Of a stretch of 10,269 bases of DNA, positions 6,732-10,269 are shown in pieces (the first letter of the stretch is position 1; the number at the start of each line of letters is the position of its first letter). Under the pieces are notes generated by a model. The model was not told the origin of the DNA. It saw nothing but the letters and a program-made list of their open reading frames with translations, and made no database searches. The stretch lies in the NCBI RefSeq assembly GCF_006345805.1, contig NW_021827472.1, positions 1-10,269 on the forward strand. The letters are read 5' to 3'. The stretch is from Octopus sinensis (taxonomy: Eukaryota). Both the position numbers and the translations under genes were made by a program.

Positions 6732-6900
6732 AATGGTTTCCACTGACCAAATTCTCTCACAAGGCATTGGTTGACCTAGGGTTAAAATGTTATAGTGGCA
6801 GACACTTACTGAAAGTGTCACACAGAGGAATTGAATCTGAAACCAATGGGTTATGAAGAAAGTTCCAAACAGTATTAACCATACAACCATACCTGCCCCT
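6732..6900 (-). mobile_element. Highly degenerate family A SINE head
   Basis: The reverse complement gives GGCAGGTATGGTTGTATGG...GATTCAATTCC...AGTAAGTGTCT...GGTCAACCAATGCCTTGTGAGAGAATTTGGT...GGAAAC. Confidence 0.65.
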
Positions 6901-6939
6901 ACATGTAAAATGGCGCTTTCACAAACACGCAAACACATT

Positions 6940-7035
6940 GCACATTCACATACACACATGCACACACACACACACACACACACAGACATACACATACACA
7001 CATATAAATATACACATGCATACACACATACACTC
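6940..7035. repeat. (CA)n/(CATA)n microsatellite
   Basis: Directly visible. Confidence 0.9.
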
Positions 7036-7262
7036 AAAGACAATTTCTTGAGACACTCATTTTAGAATATGATACCACAAGAATGTTAAACCAAAAAAAA
7101 AAAAAAGTAATGTCTATACAAGAATACGCTAAAAAAGATTATTCGAAAAAAGAAACCCCTAAAAAATACAACAAAAATACCAAAATAAATAGTACAGCAT
7201 TATATGTTATTATTACACTCAGTAAAAAACAATTTATCATATTTTTTTTCCTATAACAGACA

Positions 7263-7302
7263 TTGTTGTTGTTGCTGCTGCTGCTGTTGTTGTTGTTGTT
7301 GC
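7263..7302. repeat. (TTG)n(CTG)n(TTG)n trinucleotide repeat
   Basis: Directly visible. Confidence 0.9.
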
Positions 7303-7528
7303 ATTTCGGAAGTCAGTTGATATTAAGACTATTACTATCAATAGCACTTTCCCTCAAGACCGAATTCTTCCTGATCTTTGACAATAGTGCAAGATTAAAA
7401 TATTAGAATAGCATTGATACATTTCTCAACTATTTTCAGAAGATGGTTCTCAACTAAAGACTACGAAATTCCCTCAAGACTCTCATTAATATTTTTGCTT
7501 TTGATTTCTGACTTTTCTTCTATAGTAA

Positions 7529-7606
7529 CATATATACATACATGCATATATCTATCAATCTATCTATCTGTCTATCTGTCTATCTATTTATCTATCCATC
7601 TATCTC

Positions 7607-7653
<47 letters not shown>

Positions 7654-7713
7654 GTCTGTCTATCTATCTATCTATCTATCTGTCTGTCTCTCTATCTCTA
7701 TATAGTCTGTCTG

Positions 7714-7760
<47 letters not shown>

Positions 7761-7870
7761 ATATATATATACATATATATACACATATATATATATATAT
7801 ATATATAATGTACGTAGATAAAATGTACATATATATATATATATACTTCTACACATATACACACACACAT
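7529..7870. repeat. (CTAT)n/(CT)n/(TA)n compound microsatellite
   Basis: Directly visible; it explains the IYLS-repeat ORFs. Confidence 0.95.
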
Positions 7871-7933
7871 ATTTGTGTATCTTATTAATTATTCAGAGAT
7901 ATTTATATGTACATGCACATTCACGCACATATA

Positions 7934-8345
7934 GGCGCAGGAGTGGCTGTGTGGTAAGTAGCTTGCTAACCTACCACATGGTTCCGGGTTCAGTCCCACT
8001 GCATGGCATCTTGGGCAAATGTCTTCTGCTATAGCCTCAGGTCAACCAAAGCCTTGTGAGTGGATTTGGTAGACGGAAACTGAAAGAAGCCTATCGTATA
8101 TATGTATATATATATATATGTATGTGTGTGTATATGTTTGTGTGTCTGTGTTTGTCCCCCTAGCATTGCTTGACAACCGATGCTGGTGTGCTTACGTCCC
8201 CGTTACTTAGCGGTCGGCAAAAGAGACCGATAGAATAAGTACTGGGCTTACAAAGAATAAATCCCAGGGTCGATTTGCTCGACTAAAGGCGGTGCTCCAG
8301 CATGGCCGCAGTCAAATGACTGAAACCAGTAAAAGAGAGTAAAGT
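7934..8345 (+). mobile_element. tRNA-derived SINE, family A (full length)
   Basis: A box at 7944-7954, B box GGTTCAGTCCC at 7987-7997; colinear with 397-820 over its whole length. Confidence 0.92.
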
Positions 8346-8638
8346 GTATATGCATATACATTCACACACAGCTATCACTCTCTTTTGTTCTGTCTCAATT
8401 CAACTCTCTCTCTGTCTCTTTGTCTGTTTCTATATATATGTGTGTGTGTTGTGTGTTGTTGTTTGTGTGTGTGTGCATGTGTATGTGTGCTTGTGTGTGT
8501 GTGAAAAAATAAATATATATGCACCACATAGACATATAGATACCCATATGCATGTATGTATATATGTATATACATGTGTGTGTGTATATATATATATATG
8601 TATGTATGTATGTGTGTATGTATGTATGTATGTTTATG
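8346..8638. repeat. Compound simple repeats (CT, TG, TA, TATG)
   Basis: Directly visible. Confidence 0.85.
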
Positions 8639-9173
8639 TCAGGTCACTTTCGAGTGCTACTGGTAACATGTAACCCAGTACAACCTGTTGTATGGTTGGG
8701 TTGTTGGCAACTAAACCGGCAACCCCACCAAGAAGGTGTTTATTGGACACCCTGTGGGATGAAAAACAAAACCCGTCAAAGGGCGGAGGAACTCTTGAGA
8801 GTCAACGGCCATCCAATAAATGCCTTAAGGCTGTATCATGCGCGGGGACATAGAAATAATCGGACTGAATACCCAATCGCGCAGTTAAACCATTGGGAGT
8901 GAAGGACTCCTAGCCTTGGTTAAGGCATCTTCAGGAGAAGGTACTCAGGAAACTGGGGATAACTCCGACATAAAATCTGCGGCTCATTGGTTACCGATGA
9001 TGTTGACTTGTTCTTCTTTTCGGATTATGGCTGCTGTTGCTTAGTGAGTGGGATTGACTCAGTGCACAGCCTTTCCTCACTTTACAAAAAATCTTCTTGC
9101 ACAGGCATTGCACGATAACAACATTGATTAAGCTTCGTGCAATGGCCATACTCGATAACTAGGGGGCAGCCAC
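8639..9173 (+). mobile_element. ~535-bp relatively GC-rich interspersed repeat, probably derived from an RTE-LINE 5' UTR (non-autonomous)
   Basis: Sharp compositional island between TATG microsatellites. The motif GGCATCTTCAGGAGAAGGTACTC (8924-8946) resembles the RTE 5'-UTR CTAGGAGAAGGAAAACTC box as I recall it. Single copy in the window, so orientation and class are inferred. Confidence 0.45.
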
Positions 9174-9187
9174 CATGTATGTATGTA

Positions 9188-9228
<41 letters not shown>

Positions 9229-9371
9229 CAAAGTAAAGTTGGGTGTTACTGCAAGAGTAAAAATATAAGAAAATGAATCTGAAAATGCAGGAGTCTTTTA
9301 AAAGTATTTATTAACTTAACTGGTTTCACTTATTTAAAAAGATTTTCAAAAGCAGAATGTGAGGTTTCGTG

Positions 9372-9890
9372 TATCCTCTGTTGTGCTGGAAATTAGTTTA
9401 CAAAAATGCATTCAAATCAAGTGATTGAGTCTGCATATCCTCTGTGATGAGTCAAAAAATAATTTACAGAAAACCATCCGGATCCAGTAATAAGATATTT
9501 TCATAATGATAAGAAGAAAAAAATTGGCTGAAATGAATATATCTCGATCAAGTGATAGAGTCTTTGACAAGAAGATAAAATATATGTATCCTCTGTGGCG
9601 TTAGGAAGGGCATCCAGCTGTAGAAACACTGCCAGATCTGACTGGACTGGTGCAGCTTTCGGGCTCCCCAGACCCCAGTTGAACCGTCCAACCCATGCTA
9701 GCATGGAAAGCGGACGTTAAATGATGATGATGATGATGAGATGACTCAAGAAATAGTTTACATTAAAACATTCAGATCAGATAATAAAATTCTTTTTAAT
9801 GATAAGATGAAAATTAGAAAATTAGTTTTCATGAATATATCCTGATTAAGTAATAAAGTTTTTGACAAGAAGATAAAATGATAAAATATG
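9372..9890. repeat. Degenerate tandem duplication (~151-bp unit 9436-9586; second copy 9587-9597 + 9741-9879; shorter related unit 9372-9435)
   Basis: Shared anchors TATCCTCTGT, AGTTTACA/AATTTACA, TAATGATAAGA, ATGAATATATC, TTTGACAAGAAGATAAAAT. Confidence 0.8.
9598..9740 (+). mobile_element. 5'-truncated (GAT)n-tailed family B1 element
   Basis: GCGTTAGGAAGGGCATCCAGCTGTAGAAAC...CCCATGCTAGCATGGAAAGCGGACGTTAAA(TGA)n. Confidence 0.9.
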
Positions 9891-9936
9891 TAACAGATCA
9901 TTTAAAGTTCTCGGATCTGATTTTTAAGAGCCTTGC

Positions 9937-10210
9937 ATCTGGTTGGAGTTTGGCTGTTATAAAAAGGGTTTCAATTCTTCTGTATAAAATCTTTATTTTA
10001 TCCAAAAATAATAAATGTTAATGATATATTTCTTAAATGCCATTGTCATCTAGTATTCGTTTTTAGGTGTAAAAACAGTGTGGGTGATTGATGGTCACAG
10101 GTCACAACGTAGTTGACAATTGAAACAAGGTTTTGAATATGTTAATGTACCGTATCTGGGTGGAGTTTGGCAGTTATAAACAGAGTTGCAATTTTTCTGT
10201 ATAAAATCTT
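9937..10210. repeat. Pair of ~58-bp direct repeats (9937-9993 and 10154-10210)
   Basis: ATCTGGTTGGAGTTTGGCTGTTATAAAAAGGGTTTCAATTCTTCTGTATAAAATCTT vs ATCTGGGTGGAGTTTGGCAGTTATAAACAGAGTTGCAATTTTTCTGTATAAAATCTT (6 substitutions). Confidence 0.85.
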
Positions 10211-10269
10211 CCTTTTGTGGTAGGAGTTCAGTCCTCTGCTCACAATATGTTGGATGCAGCTGTGCACCT

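Noticed and set aside
7110-7530. Small A-rich ORF at 7110-7256 and strong-looking plus-strand splice acceptors at ~7259 and ~7525
   Set aside because: The sequence is low complexity, no peptide is recognisable in any frame, there is no convincing paired donor, and the second acceptor leads straight into microsatellite.
8908-8934. Minus-strand CTGAAGA-T-GCCTT-AACC-AAGGC as a hammerhead
   Set aside because: It is followed by TAGG, not GAAA, and there is no stem I partner.

Overview
AT-rich, microsatellite-dense eukaryotic non-coding DNA (intergenic or intronic) made almost entirely of interspersed repeats. The repeat families look like those I recall from octopus/cephalopod genomes; this taxon call is an inference, not a database result. 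No host protein-coding exon can be supported, and nearly all ORFs in the supplied track are microsatellite or SINE read-throughs. The window holds several tRNA-headed SINE families, (GAT)n-tailed RTE-type non-autonomous elements, a decayed RTE-LINE 3' end (C2H2 finger in a frame the ORF track missed), a 26-bp minisatellite with a trimeric higher-order unit, and a run of long inverted repeats at 1583-2923. The most interesting feature is a ~290-bp tRNA-headed (Pol III A/B box) SINE-like element carrying a minimal type I hammerhead ribozyme of the Penelope-associated, dimer-dependent kind. It is present as two divergent head-to-head copies (2407-2695 minus, 2694-2923 plus).
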